A DNA stretch of 64,000 nucleotides from a virus: the IMG/VR virus record IMGVR_UViG_3300005805_000046, positions 89,586-153,585 of that record; one strand, written 5' to 3'. The position numbers were made by a program, and so were the translations under genes. Positions 55,601-64,000 of this stretch are shown here, one piece after another. Each line of letters starts with the position of its first letter. Positions within the stretch are counted from its first letter, which is position 1. Under the pieces are notes generated by a model, which searched no databases, was not told the DNA's origin, and saw only the letters and a list, made by a program, of their open reading frames with translations.

Positions 55601-57919
55601 TCGGTTTCAGATAAATACGTTGGTCCCGCTCAATACAGCAGCGGGTCCTTTAGCGCTGAAAATACACTGAGTCAAAGTAGAGATAACAAACAATATAATA
55701 ATTTAAGCATTCATCCCAAGGCCGCTATTCCTGGCTTTGCAGCTGTTCCGCTGGTTCTAAACAACGCTTCTTATGGTCCGTGGGTCAGTGCTCCGGACTT
55801 GATTAAAAACGATATTTTTGGATCAAATAATTTTCCAGATTTAAGATTAGAAAATTTAGTTGGTGGAGTTAATTTAGAAATTAATTCGGACTTAGTTCCG
55901 TGGAACTACGGAGGTATGAGGGTTTTAGACGAAGCGGCGCTAATGCTTGTTGGACAAAATAATGAATATCAAACCAAAGGAGAAACCGGACAGTTAACGG
56001 TATACGGAGTGCCAGAATTTAGTTTGGGTAGTGAACTTAAAAGTATGTCGTGGGCCTTTAGGGGGCCAACCATTAATAACATACAGCTTCAAATAGGCGA
56101 ATCAGGAGCTTCCACAACATATACTTTTAGAACATTCACTAGAAAATTCACACTGTTTAATAAAGATAGTTCTGATAGACTAAAGAATATGGGACAAAAT
56201 GCTATCAGACTAGGAAGAGAATTCAGACAGCAGTCTAGATCTATTATCAATAAAATACTCTCTATGGGTCCGAGCAATTCCACGGTTTCGTCTTATGATT
56301 TGACTGGATCTAAACTTAGAGCATATAGTCCAATGAGTATTTTGGTAGGATATTCCTCTCCATATATTAGTCCTAAAACAACGCTCTCTCCTGGATTCTA
56401 TAATAGACCTCAGTGGTCTGGCGATTCTATCAGGCAACTTGCCACAGTGACGCTTCAGGATAGTAGAGAGTTATCGCAAGAGTTTGATAATTTATTTTCC
56501 TCCAAAGCATTTATGAGCCTGGAAGGCTTATTGCATCCTGTTTCTTTTTATCCTACTCTCAATGCCTCTACTACTCCATATAAGCCTTACTATACTAGTA
56601 AAGATCAAAAATTATCGGGCTGTCCTGTGTGCGGAGGAACTAAACAGTATCAATTCAGTATTGGCGACAATTCCACCACCCTATTTTGTGACTTTTGCAC
56701 AGACATTAAGGCTGGAGAAGAGAAAACAGATACCGCTACTTCATCAAAGTTACCTCCCTTTATATTATCTAATCAAGCAGATGCACAAATTCTAAAAGAT
56801 CCAAAAGCACTAGATAATTTAATATCTGGTAAAATTAAGACAAAAAAAATTGATTATGTTAATTTAAATCCGATTATTATGCCTGTTGGCGAATTAAGAA
56901 ATAAGTACGCTCAGGATAACGACTACGCATCCCACCACATAGATGTAATAGGCAGGAGTCTTGTGCCTCCTGTTGGTTCATTATCCATAACAGATAATCT
57001 GGCAATTAATCAGAATGGACTAGAGTATAAAGATCAAAACGCTATGGATTCGGACGGAGACTGGAATTCTTATGCTTTCGACCAGGTTGCTGGCAGACAG
57101 CCAAAGTTTTTTCAGAATAATCACAGATTCTTAGCGTTAAGAGGTCCTCTTGTTATGGCAGGATGGGGATTCGACACAGACGGATTCCCTGTTCCAAATG
57201 CTTCCGGAGAACCGAAATCCGTAAACGCCGCCGGATACCCTCTAAGAATCAAGGACAAATACGATCAAAATGGAGGATATGCGGATGAAGGATACGGTGG
57301 TTCCATATTAGGGAAAAATCAGGTATGGAATAATGTTTCTGGATTATGGTCTGACCCAACTAAAGAATCAACATTTTATAAGGGTTGGGGACTAAGACCA
57401 GATACTTGGCCAGTTGGCCCTGTTGATTTACGCTGGAACGAATCTAGAAAAGTTTGGACAGCATCCGGGTCCGAGATGCAATTAGTAGACATTCAATTAG
57501 AAGATAATTTAGTACCACCTTTTCCAGCAAGAGGATTTATATATAAACTAGATAAAACAAGTCCTTTACCAAGCGGATTAAGAAGAATGGTATTCGTGAA
57601 AGATAGTTCAAATACTTATGGCGCTCCAAGAGGAGCGAAATTATTATGTTATTATGATGAGGGTTCCGGATTCTATGAGCCTGTGACCAAACAAAATATT
57701 ATAGCATATGGAGAGATTCAATCGGATGGTGTTGCAACAATATATGATGCGTATGCTCGTGGGTTTGATCCAGACACCAACGAACCAGAGCCGCCCGAGC
57801 CTCTTAAGATTGAGTTTACTAACGATTTAAATTACTCTATTAATAAGGACAATCAACCAGGATTTTTTATGTTTAGTAGAAATCAATGGGTATTATTAAA
57901 TACCAATAGTTGTTCATAA
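52610..57919 (+). CDS. Large tail tip/hub protein (1769 aa)
   Basis: FLGCSV.SF..SLGWG....LTVELV N-terminus; LRGPLVMAGWG and GPVDLRWN C-terminal motifs; synteny. Confidence 0.55.
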   Translation: MTSCSTQFIKTGTKGGSSQTTEVCCSKVYSQTLFLGCSVQSFNASLGWGGEASRLTVELVRDQCNYPSMRDATGAVISVSEADDAYTNDRKNNTLPKDENGNSIIPGKVYYVPSGNKLVSKYWTGADPGFYADLPPVNGVDSNSIDIIGCAVYFKYDDFEFNGVVKSWENTGGTGGTKTYSVSIESPAFLLSQTQVILGDYIGAISVKGVAPNFPNHSFPAYQSGTYVGDIANQTIPNVINVYGYLEDITNVTTGLPVDDNDVPIYGYGSSGRNDEGIQAINILSGLNDLLGSPDVFNPPKTKVLRYSPFGRIIGIAPKTKHAVDDIAFSPAYSMGLIPPHVFPPTSQTRMGYSIDISEIIGNGIIPPFYRLSDNKLSVLEIIQNICDNTGQELFISLELQIINGIIYPRIKVNTFSTLAQPPAGAVQSYISTLASRGTIVSSYSKGEEFNNTKPVRTMLIGGKQQRLYQVKNSKYAAKQSTLRYNPYTNVFMQINHYGGVAQQYRLVDPTNIRCPGLYQAVTSAYSFGRVPLYANKTSQRDLWGASIDRGNYFAPMNVSPIGAGTFSPGGSDYPASDSDAICPFFGKDDLTGVVRPVFSHYGKTANGTPSGGGGVGFLVGFSSTEIGAAIGRNFSFNDRVRVSETEIRAAMSGFDAYVGFIGGVVGELNGSGLDIWTKILGPILGPNALRTMMQGIGSTFNKYTNSQSGSNTVPMNARSSIMTDPSVFEILTKLQEYFKKIGDEFYGKKFMVSIPTPSVGRWFWTDSQPFEASIVIGQTLSGQPIYLSQGSQKTYYAYEPTDSAWEEPFNWIDDTLLVGNAEMDALTKEDGSIEPILGYNNSAQYNYPRALNQMMFDWIKNQSTANQLSEFWKFDAYRAAGIASPSFNLWEPSLILNDSDKLIKSYALPMADAFGQTIPQGYVSKVYVKATVDKQFYPHVTQTGKIVAKIIISADPVFINPMNPDAHSVQTALAEFLHEDYANYSSALAARSRKILSVSDKYVGPAQYSSGSFSAENTLSQSRDNKQYNNLSIHPKAAIPGFAAVPLVLNNASYGPWVSAPDLIKNDIFGSNNFPDLRLENLVGGVNLEINSDLVPWNYGGMRVLDEAALMLVGQNNEYQTKGETGQLTVYGVPEFSLGSELKSMSWAFRGPTINNIQLQIGESGASTTYTFRTFTRKFTLFNKDSSDRLKNMGQNAIRLGREFRQQSRSIINKILSMGPSNSTVSSYDLTGSKLRAYSPMSILVGYSSPYISPKTTLSPGFYNRPQWSGDSIRQLATVTLQDSRELSQEFDNLFSSKAFMSLEGLLHPVSFYPTLNASTTPYKPYYTSKDQKLSGCPVCGGTKQYQFSIGDNSTTLFCDFCTDIKAGEEKTDTATSSKLPPFILSNQADAQILKDPKALDNLISGKIKTKKIDYVNLNPIIMPVGELRNKYAQDNDYASHHIDVIGRSLVPPVGSLSITDNLAINQNGLEYKDQNAMDSDGDWNSYAFDQVAGRQPKFFQNNHRFLALRGPLVMAGWGFDTDGFPVPNASGEPKSVNAAGYPLRIKDKYDQNGGYADEGYGGSILGKNQVWNNVSGLWSDPTKESTFYKGWGLRPDTWPVGPVDLRWNESRKVWTASGSEMQLVDIQLEDNLVPPFPARGFIYKLDKTSPLPSGLRRMVFVKDSSNTYGAPRGAKLLCYYDEGSGFYEPVTKQNIIAYGEIQSDGVATIYDAYARGFDPDTNEPEPPEPLKIEFTNDLNYSINKDNQPGFFMFSRNQWVLLNTNSCS

Positions 57920-57932
57920 GGAATAAATAAAT

Positions 57933-60900
57933 ATGTCGGCTTGTAACTGTATTGTAAAAGATACTTTATGGATTTTTGATAATATAAACAAACCAGAAGA
58001 TATCGATATTACCGTAGGCTTGGATACAATTATTCCATCCTTTTCGGCCGGGTCCAGTGGCATTTGGAAGCCCGTATTTTGGGACAGACAACCCAAAGAC
58101 GCAAATAATAGAACTTGGCATAAAGTACAAAGATCTATCATTAATGAAAAAAAATGCGAAGAAAAAAATATTAATACTCCAGATGGATTAGGAATTAGTA
58201 GGTTCATAAAGATATCCTCTCCGAAATTTAGGAATTGGGAAGTTTCTGGAGTTGAGCTTAGTGCGGATCTGATTGTTAATTTTGAGCCATGTAATAACTA
58301 TTCAAAAGTTATCTTATTTTGGTATAGATATTATGACATGGGCAGAGTAAACGATAAAAGAGTGTTGCCTGGCGTAGATATTTTTATGTCAGATGGTGAT
58401 TATGCTGTTATTAGTGGCATTCCCAGAGTTTCCCTCTCTTTGTCTGGAATTGCTTTAGGAATAAAAACAGCTTTGGACAGCGCTAATGTTGGCGATTCAC
58501 TAAATAAGGCATGTATTTTAGCTAGCGGACCTCAAATAGATGGTCTAACAGAGGTTCTCGCAGGACCAAATAATAATATATCATATCCCAGAGACGAATA
58601 TGGTCGCATGCAGCCCTTTTTAAGTGGGATGTCTTTAAAAAGATATTCAGATATTGGGACCAATAACTTTATTACGACTAAAGTAGATTTGCTAAAAAAA
58701 CTGACCGAAAAATATTCTTTTCAATTGGTTGTTCCCGAAGGATCCGAAGCTAAACTAGAATCGAAATTCACAAGTGATACTGGCTCTAATATAGAAGTAA
58801 AATTAGCTGGAGATCTTTACTTATCCGATAAAACACAAAGGTCCGGCTATAATCTTCAAATACAGGCAGGAAACCTAAAGTTCTCTGCTGAGCAATCGCA
58901 AGATACTTTTGTTCCAAAGACACAAATCACAGAAGAGAATAAAAAAGTAGTATTAGAAGCTGAGCCTCACTATGTTAATTATTTCAAACTAAACAATAAA
59001 ACAATAGGCTATAATTTAACTAATAGCGTTAGTGGAGTATTTAACCCAGACTTATCCGCTATAAGATTCCATGGTTTAGGAGGAATAGATTTTGATACCT
59101 CTAGTAAATTTGGATCCTCCTGCACAGAGAATGTAACGGCGGTTACTATAGACCCCGAATCTGCAAAACCGAAAAAACGAGCATACTATAGCGACTCGTT
59201 ATCTGTCAAAGGTCCTTGGTTTTTGCAGGATTACGAAGACCCTAAGCTTGCTGCTACTGGTATAGAAACCGCCCCAACTAAGATCTCTATAAATATAAAA
59301 ACGCATCCCAATTCACAATTTAGACTAAATGATAGTATTAGCATTAACTATTTAAGGTCAGAAAACAAGCCAACATGCGAGCCGTTTGTTTCGGAGACAT
59401 GTAATTGCTTTCCTTTAGCAACCCTAAGTCCCTACGTTAGTGGACAGTCAAAAACAGATAACAAGGACAATCTGCTATATGTTCCGAATACATCGTATTT
59501 TCGTCTTCCAACAGGAGTGTTTTATGGAGGATTGAGCAAAAAGGAGGTAGCCAAGCGAGGCATAGCTCCCCAAGATCACCCAGACCCAGGAACATTTTTT
59601 CCTAGGATACATTCTAAATTTTTTCCATCAGATCAAGACTGCTCATACACATTAGACGGCTGCGGCAATAGAAGTATGAATTTTAAGTTTCCTTATCCTG
59701 GAGACATTAGAGTAAACTATCAGTCCACAGGTGCTAATTTCGAAGTTAAATGGGGAGATAATACAAAGACAAATCCCGGAACTAAGTTTACAAATACGGC
59801 TGGCGTGTTGTGTCTACCAAAGCCAAGCGGAAATCCAGACACTGTTAGTCTAAAGATAACTGTCCCAACATCAGAACCACAAACTCAGTGGGGTATTAAA
59901 ATCACCAATGTTCAGAGCAAATATGCACTAGAAACAACCCCGCAAGCAAGTTCTGTATCAGGACTCAAAGGATTTTTCCATCCCAATTTTGGTTGGACCT
60001 TTAGTCAAAAATATCTAAATAAAACTCCATCTATACCGCAACATAAAGGAGCTTTTTTACGTAAAAGTTTTAAAGCTAGCTTAGCCGGATATCGTATGTC
60101 TATTAGATATAGCAACACAGAGGGTCCGTGTCCAGGAGGCCACACATGTAACCGTGCAGTGTTTAGCGTTTATGCTAATGGCGTTTTTGTTGGCACAGCA
60201 AACTTAAACAACGGCGGCGGTAGTGAAGACCCCGGCCCAAGTGCTGGTGGTGATAGGTCCGCGTCTTTTTCTTTGCCTAGCTCCATAAAACCAAAAGACG
60301 GAAACCGTGTTGATGTACTTATAAAGTGTGATCTTCCTGGTGGCTGTCACGGAGGAATCGCTTGGACACAAGTTATCAATAACAAGGGAGAGGCCGTCTA
60401 CGACGGCTGCATAAACACAGAAGAGACAGTTACGCTTGAGCTATCTGAGCCATCGGATAACTATTTCTATAGTTCTTATGCAATGTATAATGAGGAGTAT
60501 CTTCCTGGATATAATTTTCTTTACAGCGTATCCGGCTTGAGCGAAGCTGAAAAAACAGCAATAGATAACGGAGTATACTTAGGAATACCAACTAACGGTA
60601 AGTCATACTATATTGCTAATAAGTGGAGTAAAAACCATTATGTCCCATCGGAATCTTTGATTTTGGATCAGATGCCATTTGAATACATTGATATGAATCA
60701 TAAATATGGTTATGCTTATAATGATTTTATCTATGAGGAACAATCCAATGGAAATATTGTAATTAGCAGCACAAACGGCTCTGATAGAGCTGCTTGTTTT
60801 TTGGATATGCCATTTTTCAAAACAGATAAGTTTCGTATCTATTCTTATGACGATATTGATCAAACACGAAATATTACTGTTAATTTTGCTAGTGGAAATA

Positions 60901-63900
60901 TTATACGTATTAATGAATCTCCTTTACCTAGTGGATTTAAAAAGGGGTTCTTAAGAAGGACAGACGATAATCAATCTATTGTAGTGTATCAGCCATACTC
61001 CACAGCTCAAGACAAAAATATTAAGGTTGGCAAATGGGGACATTTAACATACGGAGAAGCAATAAACGAAGCCTCTCAATTTTTTGATATTGATAAAGAG
61101 TACGATATTCGCAGATACAATAATTCTGCTCTCAGAACAGGTATAAGCAAAAATACCGCATTGTCTTGGGGTTCCCCAATGACGATAATCAATAATTATT
61201 CTAATGATAGTAAAAGCTATTATTTCCCTACTGTTAGACTCTTTCCTGATTTTATCAATCAACAAAGAGCACTTCATACAGTGGGAACAAAAAACGACTA
61301 TACTGTGAACGGATTGCCGGTACCACAGCCAGAAGGAGATGGTATAGTAGCGAGCGGAACAATAAATGAATCTGTCGGATATATTTATTTGGGATCGTAT
61401 ATTGGTAACTATACCATAAAAGTTGCACTGAGCGACGATTCCGCCAAAGACGGCATAATAAAACTATATCATAATGAACAGGAAGTTGCAAGAGAGAGTA
61501 TAACAAATAAGACGGATAATCTAGTTTCTATAAGTTATAATAAACGAGACGCCTTGCCTATTTATGCCAAAATAGCAATTGAAAACACAGATTTAGCCTG
61601 CCTTGCTGTACAGCCTACTTCGAGACTAACTATCAAATCCTATTCAGCTAAAATATCAGACGCTGTATCTGAACTAAAAAACAGAAGCAGAATATCTTAT
61701 TATGCTCATGCCAATGCTGATACGGGAACCGGTACAAGCTATGCTTATGGCTATGATGATACGGTAGTTAAAATAAACGAGCAAATAGCGAGCCCATTAA
61801 ATAGAGATATTTCATTTTCTAAGAGTAGTATCTCAGACTATTCTCCGTATCTCGATATGCATATCTTTGCCAAAGATACAAAATATATGCCAATATCCCA
61901 CCCATCTGGCTATATTTATTTCGAAGACTTCTTTAAGCCCAAGTCTATTTCTTATATAAAAAATAATATGGAAGTACCATATAACGAAGATTTATATTGG
62001 ATAGACCTACCTAAAGATCAATCTTGGAGTATTCTAACTGCTCGTGGCTTTTTATTAGAGCCAAATAAAAAATATAAGATATTGAAATCTTTATCTTATG
62101 AATGTAAAGGCAAAGCTCAAGAGTGTTCCACTAAATACAAGAAAGACCTATGTGATTCAAGCTATGGTCTTTCCGAAGGAGAGGCTTTGGAGCTTCTTGG
62201 ACTTAGTGGAGAAGATAAGCAGTTTATCGATATAATTACCCAGTCGTTTCCACAGAATTGTGCCACAATAGACAAGTGCTGCGACAGAGAAAGTAAAATA
62301 TCCCCATTACAAAAATGCTTATCTGATAACGGAGGCAATATTTGGGCATGCATAGGACAGAGCAATAAGTCCGCATACGAAACATGCGTCGAACAAGAAA
62401 AAACAGACAGAGAAAACTGTCAAAAATTATGGAAGGATAAGAAAACCAACACCTCCTGCGAAGACGTTTGTCCAACCGGGAATATTACGGGAATAATAGA
62501 ACCTTCTGCAGAATACTATGTGCTGAGTGTGAAAAATAATCTGCGACCAAATCTAGACACAACCAGAATGGCCGACATAAGATTTTTTTCTGGCACAGAG
62601 AACAGAACTATCCCGTGTACAACGGTTAGCTTACCAACAGTTGGTACTAGCTTCTATAGAAATATTACTTGCACCAATACCACTAATAAATGCGATTATA
62701 TTGTGCCAAGAGAATACGATATTGGGTCTCAATATGTGCCGGGTACGCTATTAGACCTTTCTTCTTTGGTTATTGGGGCCACATGGAAGGAGTACCCAGT
62801 ACCAAGTTCTGTTATTATGGACAATGAGCTTAGATACAGGTCGCTCGTTCCGCATCCAAACCAGATAGCTTTGCCTCTTGAAGAGTATGATAAAATAGCA
62901 CAATCTAAATATGTCATTACACACAACTTTAATATTAAAAGCAAAAAGTGTGTATCCCCAGGAAAACTATTTGATATAACAGTAGACAATGTTGTGTGTG
63001 ATTTTAATCTAGAAATAAATGCTTCTGGTAGTATAATTAAAAGCTCTTGCTTTAAAGATGTAATTATTAAAAGCAATAGCACCAATAAACTTACAGTAAA
63101 TAAATTTATTTGTGATGGATCTTTTAGCTGCAAGCCAAACGGACAACCGTGCGATGGAGAGAATGATCCGGAATGCAATCCTTCGCTATTTAATAGTGGT
63201 TATTATGGAGGCTGGTGGAATTCATGCGTCAGCGAAGCCTCTTGTGATCAGGCTCAAGAATATTTAAATTCTTATTATTACTATTCATCTTTTGTCGTAG
63301 ACAAGTGTACAGACGTTAGTTTACCAGAAGACTATGTGCTGGATTGTAGATACTGTGGACCACAAAGCTGTAGCGCTAGTATTTCATATTACGAACCAAT
63401 GGAAAAGGAGTGTTACTGTCCGGAGGGGTATGAGCTTCACAATGATGCTGGCTACGATACGTGCAAATCTTCCGCCAAAGTAAATGTCATAGTGGACGGG
63501 TGCGGCAAAACGCAAGAACAGCCGTTTTGTTATTGGTGGTATTATGGTGATGGATATTGTTATGTTGGACCCTCTTGTTTTCCTAAAATAGAAGGACCAA
63601 CAAAAGAAGCCTTGGACAACTACGAGAAAGCGTGCGAGAACGGTATAGAGCAATCACTAAAGAGAACAGAACAAGAAATTTTATATGTACAGAAGTCACC
63701 CTCTGTGTCAGACACGACCGACATAGTTAATAAAAGAACCGAAGTTACTTCCAAGTACTTGAAAAAGAATTGCGAGATAGACACTACTTTAAATGAATGC
63801 TATGCTAAATGCCAACAACAATTCAACGAATGTGTGGCTCCCGGAGCCCAAAACTCCTGGGCAGATTGCTATAAGCCTTTTACTGCTTGTCGTTGTCAGT

Positions 63901-64000
63901 GCGAATCAAAAGCAACCACGGACAGAAACAAAAATATAAAAGATCAAAAATTTCATTATAATTGTTACTCATCTTGTAATACTAGCGACAATCTAAATGA
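57933..64000 (+). CDS. Very large Cys-rich virion protein (runs off right edge, >2020 aa)
   Basis: ATG 57933 after AAGGA RBS (MSACNCIVKDTLW...). Absent from the track, consistent with no in-frame stop; spot-checked segments and the last codons are open. Confidence 0.8.
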   Translation, partial: MSACNCIVKDTLWIFDNINKPEDIDITVGLDTIIPSFSAGSSGIWKPVFWDRQPKDANNRTWHKVQRSIINEKKCEEKNINTPDGLGISRFIKISSPKFRNWEVSGVELSADLIVNFEPCNNYSKVILFWYRYYDMGRVNDKRVLPGVDIFMSDGDYAVISGIPRVSLSLSGIALGIKTALDSANVGDSLNKACILASGPQIDGLTEVLAGPNNNISYPRDEYGRMQPFLSGMSLKRYSDIGTNNFITTKVDLLKKLTEKYSFQLVVPEGSEAKLESKFTSDTGSNIEVKLAGDLYLSDKTQRSGYNLQIQAGNLKFSAEQSQDTFVPKTQITEENKKVVLEAEPHYVNYFKLNNKTIGYNLTNSVSGVFNPDLSAIRFHGLGGIDFDTSSKFGSSCTENVTAVTIDPESAKPKKRAYYSDSLSVKGPWFLQDYEDPKLAATGIETAPTKISINIKTHPNSQFRLNDSISINYLRSENKPTCEPFVSETCNCFPLATLSPYVSGQSKTDNKDNLLYVPNTSYFRLPTGVFYGGLSKKEVAKRGIAPQDHPDPGTFFPRIHSKFFPSDQDCSYTLDGCGNRSMNFKFPYPGDIRVNYQSTGANFEVKWGDNTKTNPGTKFTNTAGVLCLPKPSGNPDTVSLKITVPTSEPQTQWGIKITNVQSKYALETTPQASSVSGLKGFFHPNFGWTFSQKYLNKTPSIPQHKGAFLRKSFKASLAGYRMSIRYSNTEGPCPGGHTCNRAVFSVYANGVFVGTANLNNGGGSEDPGPSAGGDRSASFSLPSSIKPKDGNRVDVLIKCDLPGGCHGGIAWTQVINNKGEAVYDGCINTEETVTLELSEPSDNYFYSSYAMYNEEYLPGYNFLYSVSGLSEAEKTAIDNGVYLGIPTNGKSYYIANKWSKNHYVPSESLILDQMPFEYIDMNHKYGYAYNDFIYEEQSNGNIVISSTNGSDRAACFLDMPFFKTDKFRIYSYDDIDQTRNITVNFASGNIIRINESPLPSGFKKGFLRRTDDNQSIVVYQPYSTAQDKNIKVGKWGHLTYGEAINEASQFFDIDKEYDIRRYNNSALRTGISKNTALSWGSPMTIINNYSNDSKSYYFPTVRLFPDFINQQRALHTVGTKNDYTVNGLPVPQPEGDGIVASGTINESVGYIYLGSYIGNYTIKVALSDDSAKDGIIKLYHNEQEVARESITNKTDNLVSISYNKRDALPIYAKIAIENTDLACLAVQPTSRLTIKSYSAKISDAVSELKNRSRISYYAHANADTGTGTSYAYGYDDTVVKINEQIASPLNRDISFSKSSISDYSPYLDMHIFAKDTKYMPISHPSGYIYFEDFFKPKSISYIKNNMEVPYNEDLYWIDLPKDQSWSILTARGFLLEPNKKYKILKSLSYECKGKAQECSTKYKKDLCDSSYGLSEGEALELLGLSGEDKQFIDIITQSFPQNCATIDKCCDRESKISPLQKCLSDNGGNIWACIGQSNKSAYETCVEQEKTDRENCQKLWKDKKTNTSCEDVCPTGNITGIIEPSAEYYVLSVKNNLRPNLDTTRMADIRFFSGTENRTIPCTTVSLPTVGTSFYRNITCTNTTNKCDYIVPREYDIGSQYVPGTLLDLSSLVIGATWKEYPVPSSVIMDNELRYRSLVPHPNQIALPLEEYDKIAQSKYVITHNFNIKSKKCVSPGKLFDITVDNVVCDFNLEINASGSIIKSSCFKDVIIKSNSTNKLTVNKFICDGSFSCKPNGQPCDGENDPECNPSLFNSGYYGGWWNSCVSEASCDQAQEYLNSYYYYSSFVVDKCTDVSLPEDYVLDCRYCGPQSCSASISYYEPMEKECYCPEGYELHNDAGYDTCKSSAKVNVIVDGCGKTQEQPFCYWWYYGDGYCYVGPSCFPKIEGPTKEALDNYEKACENGIEQSLKRTEQEILYVQKSPSVSDTTDIVNKRTEVTSKYLKKNCEIDTTLNECYAKCQQQFNECVAPGAQNSWADCYKPFTACRCQCESKATTDRNKNIKDQKFHYNCYSSCNTSDNLN

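Noticed and set aside
19836-63653. Short minus-strand ORFs in the late region
   Set aside because: Antisense shadows of long plus-strand structural genes, including those inside 57933..64000.
1-64000. Alternative genetic code (stop reassignment)
   Set aside because: Long genes are intact in the standard code, all three stops end genes at sensible boundaries, and no suppressor tRNA is seen.

Overview
The window is part of a large tailed dsDNA phage genome (Caudoviricetes, probably a long non-contractile tail), likely infecting a Planctomycetota or PVC host. Host clues are an S8 protease with a planctomycete-type LExRxLL N-terminus and a PEP-CTERM protein. 1-16.3 kb (minus strand): an accessory or early region of small genes, 7 tRNAs and several candidate structured ncRNAs. 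It is cut into modules by 14 full copies (plus 2 half copies) of an 82-bp element with a fixed 29-24-29 bp double-palindrome layout. The element almost always sits just upstream of an overlapping sigma70-like and sigma28-like promoter and just downstream of the previous module's stop codon. 16.4-18.9 kb (minus strand): subtilase, secreted protein, FkbM methyltransferase, HTH protein. 19.0-64 kb (plus strand): phage sigma factor, GDP-mannose dehydratase, HNH and ERCC4 nucleases, TerL, portal, protease/scaffold, capsid, neck and tail genes, a 3074-aa modular tape measure protein, tail fibres, a sulfotransferase and large tail-tip proteins. It ends in a Cys-rich ORF of >2000 codons that runs off the window. 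A GGTGTAT motif precedes many late genes. All calls come from reading motifs and synteny by eye; no database searches were run.
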